NCBI GenBank assembly: GCA_016193315.1
Contig: JACPSJ010000004.1
Coordinates: forward strand, 65,708-129,707
DNA: 64,000 nucleotides
Direction of reading: 5' to 3'
Source: Candidatus Kerfeldbacteria bacterium
GTDB taxonomy: Bacteria; Patescibacteriota; Patescibacteriia; SBBC01; CAIJZX01
Shown here: one piece after another, positions 29,899 to 40,092 of the stretch
Layout of the letters: each line of letters starts with the position of its first letter
Position numbering within the stretch: the stretch's first letter is position 1
Position numbers and translations under genes: made by a program
Notes under the pieces: generated by a model
Seen by the model: only the letters and a program-made list of their open reading frames with translations
What the model was told of the DNA's origin: nothing
Database searches by the model: none

Positions 29899-31662
29899 AT
29901 GCCAAAAAAATCACGTCCGCGGCCGCGTCGTCCGGAAGGACCGCGTTATACCCGCCGGCCAAAACCAACCAGCACAAAAGGTGAGCGTCCGCCGTCAGGC
30001 AAACAGCAGGCCCTAAAAATAATTCCCCTCGGTGGGAATGAGGAAACCGGCGGCCGAAATATGTACCTGGTACAATGGCGCCAGGAAATCCTGATTATCG
30101 ACATCGGCCTCCAGTTCCCTGAAGAGGACATGCCGGGCGTGGATTACATTATTCCCGACGCCAGCTATTTGAAAGGCAAAGAACGCTGGGTCCGTGGCGT
30201 CATTATCACCCACGGTCACTACGACCACATCGGCGGCGCACCGCACCTCCTGCCGCGACTCGGCAATCCGCCGGTCTATGCCAGCGACCTGACTTGCGCC
30301 ATGCTCCAGAAGAAAATGGAGGACGTGGCGCCGGGCAAAAAGATGCGGCTCAACACCGTTAAGACACGCGACCGGGTTCGGCTCGGTTCATTCCGGGTGG
30401 AATTTTTCGGCTTGTCGCACAACATTCCCGGCAGCTTGGGGGTCATCGTCGAAACGCCAGCCGGCACGGTCGTCCACACCGGCGATTTCAAGTTGGATAC
30501 GCGGGCGCACATCATGAACCGGACCGATCTCGAGGTCATTCAATCCCTTGGCCATCGGCACGTCCTCTGTCTGATGTGCGATTCGACGAACGCCACCACG
30601 CCCGGCCACCAGCTGTCCGAAGCGGACATCGAGCAAAACATTCAAACTATGTTCACCCAAACCAGGGGTCGGATGATTTTCGCCACCTTTGCTTCGCTTC
30701 TGTCCCGGATTCAGCAAATCCTGACCTTGGCCGAGAAGTACAATCGGAGGGTTCTGGTCGAGGGCTATTCGATGAGAACGAACATCGAGATCGGCCAGCA
30801 ACTCGGCTACATCCGGGTCAAGCCGCACACGATCTTGCCATGGGAAGAAATCAAGAAGCTGCCCAAGGACCGGGTTTTGGTAATGTGCACCGGCGCCCAA
30901 GGGGAGGACAATGCCGTGCTGATGCGAATCGCCAACCGCGAGCACAAATATCTTCGGGTCGAACCAGACGACCTGATCATCTTTTCTTCTTCGGTCGTAC
31001 CCGGAAACGAACGTTCTGTGGAGCGACTCAAAGACGGACTCTATCGCGAGGGTGCGGACATCATCGACTACAAAATGCTCGACATCCACGCCGGTGGTCA
31101 TGCCAATGCCGGCGACATTGTCGACTTCATCCGGATGGTCCGGCCGAAATACTTGATGCCGATTGAGGGCAGCTTTTCTCACTTGGTCGAGAACAAAAAG
31201 AACGCCATCAAGGCTGGCATCCCGGCCCCGAATATCCTCCTGGCTGACAACGGCCAAACAGTTGAGTTCGTTGACGGCCGGGGCTTCGCCACCAATCAAC
31301 GTCTACCGATCGAGTACGTCTTCGTCGATGGGCTTGGCATCGGCGACGTCAACCACATCGTCCTCCGCGATCGCAAACAGCTCGCCGACGAAGGAATGAT
31401 CATCGCCGTAGCCCAAATTACCCACCAGGGAAAAATCCAAGGCGTCGACATCATCTCCCGCGGCTTTACCCACATGAAGGAGCAGGGGCGGTTGATTCAT
31501 GAGATGGCCAAAGAAGTCCGCCGCGCGCTGGATGACAAGGAGCTGCGTACGCGCCCCGACAGCAAAGACCTCCGGGAGAAAGTCCACCGTCGCCTGGAGA
31601 AATTCATTTTCCAAAAAACGCACCGGCAGCCGATGATATTACCTGTAATCGTTGAGGTCTAA
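29899..31662 (+). CDS. rnj: ribonuclease J (metallo-beta-lactamase/beta-CASP RNase)
   Basis: 587 aa with the zinc-binding HxHxDH motif (ITHGHYDHIGGAP) and beta-CASP and C-terminal domains. It has a basic Pro/Arg-rich 35-aa N-terminal extension. Confidence 0.9.
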   Translation: MPKKSRPRPRRPEGPRYTRRPKPTSTKGERPPSGKQQALKIIPLGGNEETGGRNMYLVQWRQEILIIDIGLQFPEEDMPGVDYIIPDASYLKGKERWVRGVIITHGHYDHIGGAPHLLPRLGNPPVYASDLTCAMLQKKMEDVAPGKKMRLNTVKTRDRVRLGSFRVEFFGLSHNIPGSLGVIVETPAGTVVHTGDFKLDTRAHIMNRTDLEVIQSLGHRHVLCLMCDSTNATTPGHQLSEADIEQNIQTMFTQTRGRMIFATFASLLSRIQQILTLAEKYNRRVLVEGYSMRTNIEIGQQLGYIRVKPHTILPWEEIKKLPKDRVLVMCTGAQGEDNAVLMRIANREHKYLRVEPDDLIIFSSSVVPGNERSVERLKDGLYREGADIIDYKMLDIHAGGHANAGDIVDFIRMVRPKYLMPIEGSFSHLVENKKNAIKAGIPAPNILLADNGQTVEFVDGRGFATNQRLPIEYVFVDGLGIGDVNHIVLRDRKQLADEGMIIAVAQITHQGKIQGVDIISRGFTHMKEQGRLIHEMAKEVRRALDDKELRTRPDSKDLREKVHRRLEKFIFQKTHRQPMILPVIVEV

Positions 31663-31756
31663 AAGAACTTGCTATCCCCGGCACGAAGACAACCACGCCG
31701 CGATCATGTTTGAGTGAAGCCCCGCCCTTTGGCGGGGCGAGCGAGTTATCGCGGCG

Positions 31757-31793
31757 CTCCAGACAAGCCACCGGCTTGTCTGGAGTCTTTCGG
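31757..31793 (+). terminator. candidate intrinsic terminator after rnj
   Basis: 13-bp stem ctccagacaagcc-acc-ggcttgtctggag followed by TCTTTCGG. It is the second of three consecutive hairpins downstream of rnj. Confidence 0.4.
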
Positions 31794-31951
31794 TTCCTTT
31801 TCTGATCAAGCAGAAAAGGAACAAGATCCATTCCCATTGTACCAGTATTCATGCGGGTCTTCTGAGGCCAACGAAGAAACCGCAAAGAACTTGTGGGGGC
31901 GGAATGGAAAGGCACTGCCGGTCGTTGAAAAAACTCCCGGGTACGGGAGTG

Positions 31952-32536
31952 TCAATCGTGAAGACCGGAAACCAGCTGACGTTCAACTGGCTTGACTTGT
32001 CGAGCCGGTGTCAGGAACGCCACCACCGCACCCACGAAACCATGGAGCAATCCGTTGAACAAGCCAGTCCACGGACCGGTGGCCGCGGCAAAGAACAACG
32101 CGCCGAAAGCCAGATCGTCACCATCCTCGGGCGGCTGATCGCGCGATATGCTGAACGACACCGCCGCGACTGCCAGCAGGCTGAGCCAGGCGCCGGTCCA
32201 GTAGCTGATCACGGAGACGATCAGGCCACCCAGCAACCCGGCCAACGTCAGCGCGTAGACCACGATCAGTCCTTCCGCCGAGTCCTCTCCCCGTCGGCGG
32301 GCCCGCCGTTCGACCGACACCATCATCAGACCGTAGTATAGAAACCACAGCGGCCCGAAGAAGCGAAAGATCGAGAACGGCAGCGTCAGCACCACCCCGG
32401 GGGCGATCCGAATCGTGTGCTCGAGATAGGTGCGGGGCGAAATCAACTCGACTAACAGCCAGACGATCAAGAAAGCCCCCCAGGTGCCCAGCACTTGCCG
32501 CACCATGCTGCCCAGATAATCTTCTTCGTGATCCAT
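31952..32536 (-). CDS. hypothetical integral membrane protein
   Basis: 194 aa with 5-6 TM helices. No motif recognised. Confidence 0.45.
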   Translation of the reverse strand: MDHEEDYLGSMVRQVLGTWGAFLIVWLLVELISPRTYLEHTIRIAPGVVLTLPFSIFRFFGPLWFLYYGLMMVSVERRARRRGEDSAEGLIVVYALTLAGLLGGLIVSVISYWTGAWLSLLAVAAVSFSISRDQPPEDGDDLAFGALFFAAATGPWTGLFNGLLHGFVGAVVAFLTPARQVKPVERQLVSGLHD

Positions 32537-32865
32537 CAGACAAATCCTCCTTCATCCTTGAGGTTGTGAGGTGCAGCGTGGACGGAGGGGTTGTAGCATA
32601 AGCTACAGGAGAAAGCAACTCTCGCCCTATTGCGGCGGGAAGACCTGCGCTCGCACCCCGACCGGCTTTTTTGTTTCTGGGACCACCTCGGACATCCCGC
32701 CGGCCAGTGCTTGCCCCACACCCGTCATTCTGAAGCCGAATGACGCGAGGCTGAAGAATCTCCTCTTGAGAAGGGAGGTCCTTCATCCCGCAATGCGGGA
32801 TTCAGGATGACGGCGACGGGTGCGGGGTAGTCAAGCAGAAAAGGAACATATACAATACATCCACT

Positions 32866-33912
32866 ATGTCCCGAATTCTTTCAGGAATCCGGCCATCCGG
32901 CCAACTCCACTTGGGAAACTACTTGGGCGCGATCAAACAATGGATCGCGCTTCAAGACCAGCACCAAGCGTTTTTCATGGTGGCTGACTTGCACGCCATC
33001 ACCACGCCGTACGAAGTCGAAAGCCTGCAACCTCAGATTCGAGAAACAATCCTCGATTACCTGGCCGCCGGCCTCGATCCCGCCAAAACGACGCTTTTTA
33101 TCCAGTCGCAGGTGCCGGCCCACGCCGAGTTGATGTGGCTACTTAGTACGATCACGCCCATCGGTGAACTTCAGCGAATGGTCCAGTATAAGGAAAAATC
33201 AGCCGCCAATCCTGACTTTCAAAACGCCGGCATTCTCAACTACCCAATCCTGATGGCCGCCGACATCCTGGCCTATAAAGCTGATCGTGTGCCGGTCGGC
33301 GACGACCAGGGACAACACGTCGAGTTGGCGCGCGACGTAGCCAAGAAATTCAACCGCCTCTTCGGCCAAACCTTCCCTGAACCACTAGCCGTGTTTGGTG
33401 GCGGTAAACGGATCATGTCGCTGGCCAACCCGATGGAAAAAATGAGTAAAACTGGCGGCGAGGGCATTGCCCTGACTGATGAAGAATCGACCATCAAGAA
33501 GAAAATCCAGAAGGCCGTATCCACCAGTGAACCGCGGGTAATTCGGGAGGCCTTTCGAGCGGCTGAACAAGGGGAGCGCGGGCCCGAGATCCAGTGGCAA
33601 GGCGACCCTACCCTGCTGAAACAGTTCCATGGCGTCCGAAACTTGTTTACTATCCTGCTCGTCCTCGGCTTACCAAAAGATACGGCCCAATGGAAAGCCG
33701 CCGCCGAAGCCGGCAAAATTCAATTTTCACAATTTAAGCCAACCTTGGCCACGATCATCGCTGAACACTTCGCGCCGTTTCGCGCCCGGCGCGAGCAACT
33801 GGCTAAGGACGAAACATTCGTCCGCGGCGTCATTGACGAGGGCGGACTAAAAGCCAACCAGGTGGCCGAACAAACGTTGGCGGAGGTTCAGGCTAAGATG
33901 GGGTTGCGGTAA
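32866..33912 (+). CDS. trpS: tryptophan--tRNA ligase
   Basis: 348 aa with the N-terminal SGIRPSGQLHLGNYLGA (HIGH-type motif characteristic of TrpRS) and KMSKTGG. Confidence 0.9.
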   Translation: MSRILSGIRPSGQLHLGNYLGAIKQWIALQDQHQAFFMVADLHAITTPYEVESLQPQIRETILDYLAAGLDPAKTTLFIQSQVPAHAELMWLLSTITPIGELQRMVQYKEKSAANPDFQNAGILNYPILMAADILAYKADRVPVGDDQGQHVELARDVAKKFNRLFGQTFPEPLAVFGGGKRIMSLANPMEKMSKTGGEGIALTDEESTIKKKIQKAVSTSEPRVIREAFRAAEQGERGPEIQWQGDPTLLKQFHGVRNLFTILLVLGLPKDTAQWKAAAEAGKIQFSQFKPTLATIIAEHFAPFRARREQLAKDETFVRGVIDEGGLKANQVAEQTLAEVQAKMGLR

Positions 33913-33927
33913 CATCTGACCAGCCGA

Positions 33928-34710
33928 TTAGTCTGACGTAAACTCGACCTGCTCGGCCAGAACTGGCCGTTCGAGTAACCTTGAAGCCACGGCACTGAAG
34001 AGCTGGGGATCGCCGGTGCAGAGGAAATGTTCCACCGGACCTGGGCTCGTTGGCTGGCCAGTTTTGAGCAACCGCCCTACCTGCTGCGCCACCGCCGCGC
34101 CCGAATCAAGCAGTGTCGCCCCCGGCCCGGCGGCCGTCTCAATGAGGCGCCGTAGAAAAACAAAATGCGTCGAGCCGAGCACATGAGTGTCGACACCCTC
34201 GCGGCGCAACGGGTCGATAACGTGCCGCACTGCTGCCTCGGCGGCGGCGTTATCAACGCTCCCTTTCTCGACCAACATCACCCACTCCGGACATCGTTGA
34301 TCAACCACGGTCACCGATCGAGCAAAGCTCTGTTTGAGTTTCTGGTAGCCATCGCTCTTGAGTGTCGCCGCCGTGGCCAACACTGCGATCCAGCCGGTCT
34401 TGGTCAGTGCGGCCGCGGGTTTGAGTGCCGGCACGATGCCGACGAACGGAATGTCTGGGTTGACCTGACGGAGATGTGCCAGGGCGATGGTCGAAGCGGT
34501 GTTGCAGGCTACCACAATCAGATCCGGTTGGTAGCATAGCAGAAGCTTGATGGCCTGGCTGGAAAGCCGCCGGATTTCAGCTTCTTCCCTCTTCCCGTAG
34601 GGAACATGCGCCGTGTCCGCCAGGTAAACCATCGGCTCGTTCGGTAGGAAGCGGCGGATTTCCTGCCAAACGCTCAGGCCGCCGACGCCGGAATCGAACA
34701 GGGCCACCAT
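33928..34710 (-). CDS. murI: glutamate racemase
   Basis: 260 aa with VALFDSGVGGLSV at the N-terminus and the conserved VVACNTAS pattern of Asp/Glu racemases. Confidence 0.85.
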   Translation of the reverse strand: MVALFDSGVGGLSVWQEIRRFLPNEPMVYLADTAHVPYGKREEAEIRRLSSQAIKLLLCYQPDLIVVACNTASTIALAHLRQVNPDIPFVGIVPALKPAAALTKTGWIAVLATAATLKSDGYQKLKQSFARSVTVVDQRCPEWVMLVEKGSVDNAAAEAAVRHVIDPLRREGVDTHVLGSTHFVFLRRLIETAAGPGATLLDSGAAVAQQVGRLLKTGQPTSPGPVEHFLCTGDPQLFSAVASRLLERPVLAEQVEFTSD

Positions 34711-34738
34711 ACGACAATTCTTAGCCGCGGCTGCTTGG

Positions 34739-36175
34739 TTACAGCAACGCTTCGGTATTGGTGTTGATCGTGGATTTCCAATCGATCTCGGGAAATCCTT
34801 GCAGCAGCTTTCGAATGTCCTGTTTCAGCTGGTCGTACTGTGCCTGCTGCTTAGCCTCAAACTTAATGGTGATGTATGGGCCATTTTGGGAGTACCGCAG
34901 CACGAACATGTTGCCCTCCCGACTGACTCGCAAACCGTCGCCAGCCCTCTCATCGTCGATAATTTCTGCGTCGGGATGATCACGGGTAACGATGCCGGCG
35001 ATCTTTGTCGTCAGCCCGACCTTCTTATCATCGGCACAAAAGAGTTTTATTTCCGGACTGGATATGTATTGCGGCAGGGTCGCCACCGCCTTCGACAGTG
35101 ACTGCCCAGTGGTAGCCAGGTATTTTAGTAAGCGCATTGTCGAGTACAAACCATCATCGTGATTGTAGAAATCGGCCGAAAAGAAAAAGTGGCCGGACAG
35201 TTCGCCGATGAAGGCTGCTTTGACCTCTTGATTCTTCTTCTTCAGGAAAGAATGTCCGGTTCGCCACATGAACGGTCGGCCGCCGTGTCGAATAATCGTT
35301 TCGGGCACAACTTGCGAACACAGGGTGTTAAACATTATGGTTGCACCTGGGTGATCGTGTAACACACTCGCCGCTAACAACGCAACCAGCACATCGTTCC
35401 AGATGATCCCGCCCTGTTCATCCACCACCCCGATTCGATCGCCGTCCGAATCGTAGGTGAAACCAATGTCGGCGCCAGTCTCGACCACCTCTTGGCTCAG
35501 TCGTCGGGCCACGTGTCCATCAGTTGGATCGGCCACGCCCAGCGGGAAGGTCGGATCGACATTGGTGTGGCGCTCAATCACCTCGCAGCCGGCTCGGCGC
35601 AGGCAATCCGGCACAATCGCGCCGGCCGTGGTACAGCTTGAGTCAATGAGAACAGTAAACCTTTTTTTCAGTGGGAGTCGTCGAATGAGGTCATTGTAGT
35701 AGGCCTCGCGAATATCGATCGTTTCGACCGATCCCATTGATTGACCCTGATCGTAGTCCTCGTTCTCGACCAGGCGTCGGAGTCCCTGGATCCCGTCGGA
35801 CACTAATGTTTCCGAAAAATCATTGGCGAACTTGAAGCCGTTGTATTGCGGCGGGTTATGCGAGGCGCTGACATAGACACCGCCGCGGCGATTCAAGTGG
35901 TACTGGGACCAGTAAAGCGTCCCCACCATCTGCATACCGATGTCGACCACACTGATCCCGGCCCAAGACAAGCCGCGAATTATCGCCGCACTGTAAGCTG
36001 GGCTGGTCGCCCGCGAATCGCGGCCGACCACAGCCGCCGTTGTCCCGCGTCGCTTCAAATACGTGCCAAAGGCCTTACCCAGGTGTTTCGCCAGATCTTC
36101 GCTCAGGTCTTTGGCGACTTCGCCGCGCAAATCATAGCCGCGGAAAATGGCTGGGTTTACTTTCATCGCGAGCAA
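34739..36175 (-). CDS. phosphoglucomutase/phosphomannomutase family protein
   Basis: 478 aa with the active-site phosphoserine loop SASHNPPQYNGFK and the metal-binding DSDGDR motif. Confidence 0.85.
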   Translation of the reverse strand: MLAMKVNPAIFRGYDLRGEVAKDLSEDLAKHLGKAFGTYLKRRGTTAAVVGRDSRATSPAYSAAIIRGLSWAGISVVDIGMQMVGTLYWSQYHLNRRGGVYVSASHNPPQYNGFKFANDFSETLVSDGIQGLRRLVENEDYDQGQSMGSVETIDIREAYYNDLIRRLPLKKRFTVLIDSSCTTAGAIVPDCLRRAGCEVIERHTNVDPTFPLGVADPTDGHVARRLSQEVVETGADIGFTYDSDGDRIGVVDEQGGIIWNDVLVALLAASVLHDHPGATIMFNTLCSQVVPETIIRHGGRPFMWRTGHSFLKKKNQEVKAAFIGELSGHFFFSADFYNHDDGLYSTMRLLKYLATTGQSLSKAVATLPQYISSPEIKLFCADDKKVGLTTKIAGIVTRDHPDAEIIDDERAGDGLRVSREGNMFVLRYSQNGPYITIKFEAKQQAQYDQLKQDIRKLLQGFPEIDWKSTINTNTEALL

Positions 36176-36227
36176 AACATCTTCCTAAACAGGATTATCA
36201 GTATACCATTGTGCTACAATCACTACC

Positions 36228-37052
36228 ATGTTTTTTCTTCACTCCTGGCACCCGCAGTCGGTGGCCTTCACCATCGGTAATTTCACCGTTCACTGGTATG
36301 GCATTTACCTCGCCCTCGGTGCCCTGGCCGGTTACTGGCTGATTAGTAGGCTGGCCAGGCTAGTCAATGTCGAGGAACGGCACGTGGCTAACCTATTCCT
36401 CTGGCTGGTACCAACTGGTTTGCTTGGTGGCCGGCTATACCATGTAACCAACGAGTGGTCATACTACCTTGCCCACCCGGCTGAAATCGCAAAAATCTGG
36501 TCTGGCGGCTTGGCTATCCATGGCGCTGTCCTCGCTGGCTTGTTAGTCATATGGTCGTACGCCCGGAGGCATCACCTCGGCTTTTGGCGGCTGCTTGATA
36601 TTTTCACCCCCGGCCTGGCGCTCGGCCAAGCCATCGGCCGCTGGGGCAACTACTTCAACCAAGAACTTTTTGGGGGGCCGACTACTTTGCCCTGGGGCAT
36701 TCCCATCGAGCCGGCTTTTCGCCCGTCGGGTTACGAGCTGAGTGCGTATTTCCACCCCACCTTTCTCTATGAATCGCTGGGTCTGCTGCTTACCGTTATC
36801 CTGCTCGTCTGGCTCTTCTGGAAATCCACCGCGCGCCAAAACTTCTGGTCTGTGCCCGGTTCCATCGCCCTCCTGTACTTCTTCCTGGCCGGGCTGCTGC
36901 GTATCGGCACCGAGCTGCTCCGCATCGATCGGGTACCCATCCTGGCCGGCATCCGCTTGCCAATTCTGGCCAGCCTGCTTATCATGGTGGCGGCGGTCAT
37001 CATCCTGATCGTGCTTCACCGTCATCACCGTGCCCCTGCCAACCACCCTTGA
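36228..37052 (+). CDS. lgt: prolipoprotein diacylglyceryl transferase
   Basis: 274 aa polytopic membrane protein with the Lgt signature (LGGRLYHV), HWYGIYLALG and GRWGNYFNQE. Confidence 0.85.
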   Translation: MFFLHSWHPQSVAFTIGNFTVHWYGIYLALGALAGYWLISRLARLVNVEERHVANLFLWLVPTGLLGGRLYHVTNEWSYYLAHPAEIAKIWSGGLAIHGAVLAGLLVIWSYARRHHLGFWRLLDIFTPGLALGQAIGRWGNYFNQELFGGPTTLPWGIPIEPAFRPSGYELSAYFHPTFLYESLGLLLTVILLVWLFWKSTARQNFWSVPGSIALLYFFLAGLLRIGTELLRIDRVPILAGIRLPILASLLIMVAAVIILIVLHRHHRAPANHP

Positions 37053-38268
37053 ACCAAGACTGCGGAATCTGTTGCGCGCCGAGTTGAAACGACAGCGCGA
37101 AGGTTTAACGCTCATCGCTTCCGAGAATTACACCTCCCCGGCGGTGTTGAAAGCCATCGGCACCGTTTTGACCAACAAGTACTCCGAAGGCTACCCTGGC
37201 CGCCGCTACTACGGCGGAAATCAGGTCATCGACCAGATCGAGCAACTGGCCATCGATCGGGTCAAGAAACTTTTTGGGGCCGAGCATGCCAACGTCCAGT
37301 CCCACGCCGGCGCCATAGCCAACATCGCCGTCTATTTCGCTTTCTTGAAACCCGGCGACACCGTCTTGTCGATGGAGCTGCGGGCCGGCGGCCACTTGAC
37401 GATGGGCCACTCGCGGAACATTTCCGGACAGTATTTCCGCATTGTGCCGTATGGTGTCGATACGAACGGCTACATCGACTACGACGAGGTCGAACGCCTG
37501 GCCAACCAACATCACCCCAAAATGATCATCTCCGGGGCCTCGGCGTATCCACGGATCATTGATTTCCAGCGCTTCGGCGCGATCGCCAAGTCAGTGAGCG
37601 CCATTCACATGGCCGACATCGCCCACCTGGCCGGATTAGTGGCGGCTGGACTGCACCCCTCGCCAGTGCCTCACGCTGACGTGGTCACCATGACCACCCA
37701 CAAAACGCTGCGCGGCCCGCGCGGCGCCATCATCCTTTGTCGCCAGCCACGCGCCGCCCTGATCGATAAGGCTGTCATGCCCGGTATTCAGGGTGGTCCG
37801 CTGGAGCATATCATCGCCGGCAAAGCCCAAGCGTTCCATGAAGCGCTCCAGCCGTCGTTCAAGACATATCAACAGCAAATCATCAAAAACGCCGCGCAGC
37901 TGGCTAGTGATCTTGGCGCCCACGGCCTCAAGCTGTCGACCGGCGGTACCGATAATCACCTGGTTCTGACTGACGTCACGCCGTTCGGCCTAACCGGGGC
38001 GACCGCCGAAAAACTCCTGGAGGAAGTCGGCATCTATGCTAACAAAAACCTCATTCCTAACGACCCCCGCAAACCGCTTGATCCATCTGGCATCCGACTT
38101 GGCACCCCAGCTATCACCACTCGCGGCCTGAAGGAACCAGACGTTGAAGTTCTCGCTCACCTAATTATTGAACGTTTGACCAAACCCACCAGCCAATCTG
38201 TCAAACGATCGGTGGCCGCCGCGGTTAGACAGCTGACGCGCAAGTTCCCGATCTATCCTGATTTGTAA
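37030..38268 (+). CDS. glyA: serine hydroxymethyltransferase
   Basis: 412 aa with LIASENYTSPAVLKAIGTVLTNKYSEGYPGRRYYGG and the PLP-lysine region TTHKTLRGPRG. It overlaps the lgt 3' end by 23 nt. Confidence 0.95.
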   Translation: MPLPTTLEPRLRNLLRAELKRQREGLTLIASENYTSPAVLKAIGTVLTNKYSEGYPGRRYYGGNQVIDQIEQLAIDRVKKLFGAEHANVQSHAGAIANIAVYFAFLKPGDTVLSMELRAGGHLTMGHSRNISGQYFRIVPYGVDTNGYIDYDEVERLANQHHPKMIISGASAYPRIIDFQRFGAIAKSVSAIHMADIAHLAGLVAAGLHPSPVPHADVVTMTTHKTLRGPRGAIILCRQPRAALIDKAVMPGIQGGPLEHIIAGKAQAFHEALQPSFKTYQQQIIKNAAQLASDLGAHGLKLSTGGTDNHLVLTDVTPFGLTGATAEKLLEEVGIYANKNLIPNDPRKPLDPSGIRLGTPAITTRGLKEPDVEVLAHLIIERLTKPTSQSVKRSVAAAVRQLTRKFPIYPDL

Positions 38269-38270
38269 TC

Positions 38271-39068
38271 ATGTCCGCCCGCCAACTCGACGGCCGAGCG
38301 GAGGCCGAGAAGATCCTGACGTCTTTGAAGCGGAAGATTGCGCGCCGCCGCCTGCGCCTGACACTCGCCACCATCCTCGTCGGCCGGCGTTTCGACTCCC
38401 TCCTGTACACCAAACTGAAGTCTCAGGCGGCGGCGCGCATCGGCATCAAGACCGAACGCTACCAGCTTTCGCCCAGTACCAGCCAGGCCAAATTGCGGAA
38501 ACTCATCCACCGCCTGAATCGACGCCAAACTATCAACGGCATACTTCTCCAGTTGCCGTTACCGCGCCACCTCGATACCGACCGCCTAGTTCGCGCTATT
38601 GCTCCGAAAAAAGATGCCGACGGGTTCCGAAGCCGATCGAAAGTTATCCCGCCGACCGTGGCCGCCGTTCTGCACCTCGTGAAGTTGGCCAGACCGCTGG
38701 CGCGGGCCGCGGTGGCCATCTTGGGACGGGATTCCGTATTCACACGAGAACTGAAACAACGGTTGGCGAGTCGCGGCTTCAAAGCCACGCTGTACCGCGC
38801 CACGCACCGGATTCCGGGTGCGACGAAAAATGCCAGCGTGGTGATCACCGCTCTTGGCCGCGGCCCGCGCCTGACTGCCAACCATATCAAGGACGGTGCG
38901 GTCATTATTGATGTTGGTATTCGACGGCTAACTGGAAAAACTCTTGGTGATGTGGCCCCGTCTGCTTGGACAACGGCGGCCGCCATCAGTCCCGTCCCGG
39001 GTGGGGTCGGCCCTCTAACGGTAGCCTATCTGTTGTATAATACCTACCACTTGGCATTATTGAAATGA
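38271..39068 (+). CDS. folD: bifunctional methylenetetrahydrofolate dehydrogenase/cyclohydrolase
   Basis: 265 aa with INGILLQLPLPRHLD and GRDSVFTRE motifs. It starts 2 nt after glyA. Confidence 0.9.
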   Translation: MSARQLDGRAEAEKILTSLKRKIARRRLRLTLATILVGRRFDSLLYTKLKSQAAARIGIKTERYQLSPSTSQAKLRKLIHRLNRRQTINGILLQLPLPRHLDTDRLVRAIAPKKDADGFRSRSKVIPPTVAAVLHLVKLARPLARAAVAILGRDSVFTRELKQRLASRGFKATLYRATHRIPGATKNASVVITALGRGPRLTANHIKDGAVIIDVGIRRLTGKTLGDVAPSAWTTAAAISPVPGGVGPLTVAYLLYNTYHLALLK

Positions 39069-39144
39069 TCCCGTCAGAGCGCCCGATTTCCAAGCCCCTC
39101 TTTCGCTTTCCCCCGCTGGTTGCACTTGGTACCGCTCTAATGGG

Positions 39145-39507
39145 ATGATTCTCATTCGTTGGCTGATCAGCGCCTTGACCTTGATGCTCGTCGCCTACCT
39201 CGTGCCCGGGGTGGCGGTGGCCAGTTTTTATACGGCCCTGGTCTTAGCTCTCGTGCTTGGTTTCCTAAACGCCATTATTCGTCCGCTACTAATCTTCCTG
39301 ACCTTCCCGATCACCATTCTAACGCTTGGTCTATTCGCCTTCATCATCAATGCTGGTCTGTTTCTGTTCGCCAGTAGTTTTGTCAAGGGATTCGAGGTCG
39401 ATGGATTCGTATCGGCCCTCGTCGGGTCCCTCCTGTTGTGGGTTATGAATTGGATGATCAACGGCTTCCTCGATGTAACGAAGGGCGGTAAGATACGAAT
39501 GGTTTAG
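39145..39507 (+). CDS. DUF360 / phage-holin-4-like small membrane protein (YvlD-like)
   Basis: 120 aa with 4 TM helices. The pattern LLIFLTFPITILTLGLFAFIINAGLF is typical of this family. Confidence 0.5.
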   Translation: MILIRWLISALTLMLVAYLVPGVAVASFYTALVLALVLGFLNAIIRPLLIFLTFPITILTLGLFAFIINAGLFLFASSFVKGFEVDGFVSALVGSLLLWVMNWMINGFLDVTKGGKIRMV

Positions 39508-39540
39508 GCCACCGAACTACCCAATTGGCCAGACCCAACA

Positions 39541-40038
39541 ATGCCTAAGCACTCCTCACCAGAACGGGCCCCACCCGAAGACCTAAAACCGACCGATCGA
39601 GACCGGGAATTTTTCACCACCTTTGACGAAACAATGGAAGACTTTGAACGGCGGGCAGACAAGACGCTCCCGCGCGAAGAACTTCCTGAGCACGTCGAAA
39701 CAGAAAGACGCCGGGCCGGACAGATGACTGACCGCTGGATGCGCGAACTCGAACAGTCGGCCGAACCGGCCGTCTACGATCAGTGGTATCGCAAATACTG
39801 GGCCGTCCACGCTGAAATCGTTACCTGGTGCGAGAGCCATACCGGACATGAAAAAGTGACTGACGTCCAACGGCGGCTTCAGGACACCGATGATGCCCTC
39901 AACGCCCTCGGCAAGATTCACGGGCAGGACCGGAACTATATTCAACAAGCAGTCAAACTGCTGATCGCCTCGCACGATCGGATCCAAGCCATGCTTCACG
40001 AGCTTCACGAAACCTTCCCGCCGGTTGGGTCAAAGTAA
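39541..40038 (+). CDS. hypothetical charged cytoplasmic protein
   Basis: 165-aa ORF, rich in E, R and D. No motif recognised. Confidence 0.4.
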   Translation: MPKHSSPERAPPEDLKPTDRDREFFTTFDETMEDFERRADKTLPREELPEHVETERRRAGQMTDRWMRELEQSAEPAVYDQWYRKYWAVHAEIVTWCESHTGHEKVTDVQRRLQDTDDALNALGKIHGQDRNYIQQAVKLLIASHDRIQAMLHELHETFPPVGSK

Positions 40039-40092
40039 ACTCCGCTCTTAGCAATTCGCCAGGGCCACTGGTTCATGCTAGCATAGCGCCCT

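Noticed and set aside
28379-29900. attR-type direct repeat of the tRNA-Leu 3' end, or an integrase, delimiting the low-GC islet
   Set aside because: I found only a 7-nt match (ccggcgg) and no integrase or recombinase gene, so the islet is reported without claimed boundaries.
29640-29984. 114-aa plus-strand ORF overlapping the rnj promoter and leader
   Set aside because: Its composition is Arg/Ser/Pro-rich and non-protein-like, and it overlaps the rnj start out of frame. It is more plausibly the structured leader.
32537-32865. T-box riboswitch upstream of trpS
   Set aside because: I could not find the conserved T-box motif (AATTAGGGTGGNACCGCG-like) or a specifier loop plus antiterminator arrangement.
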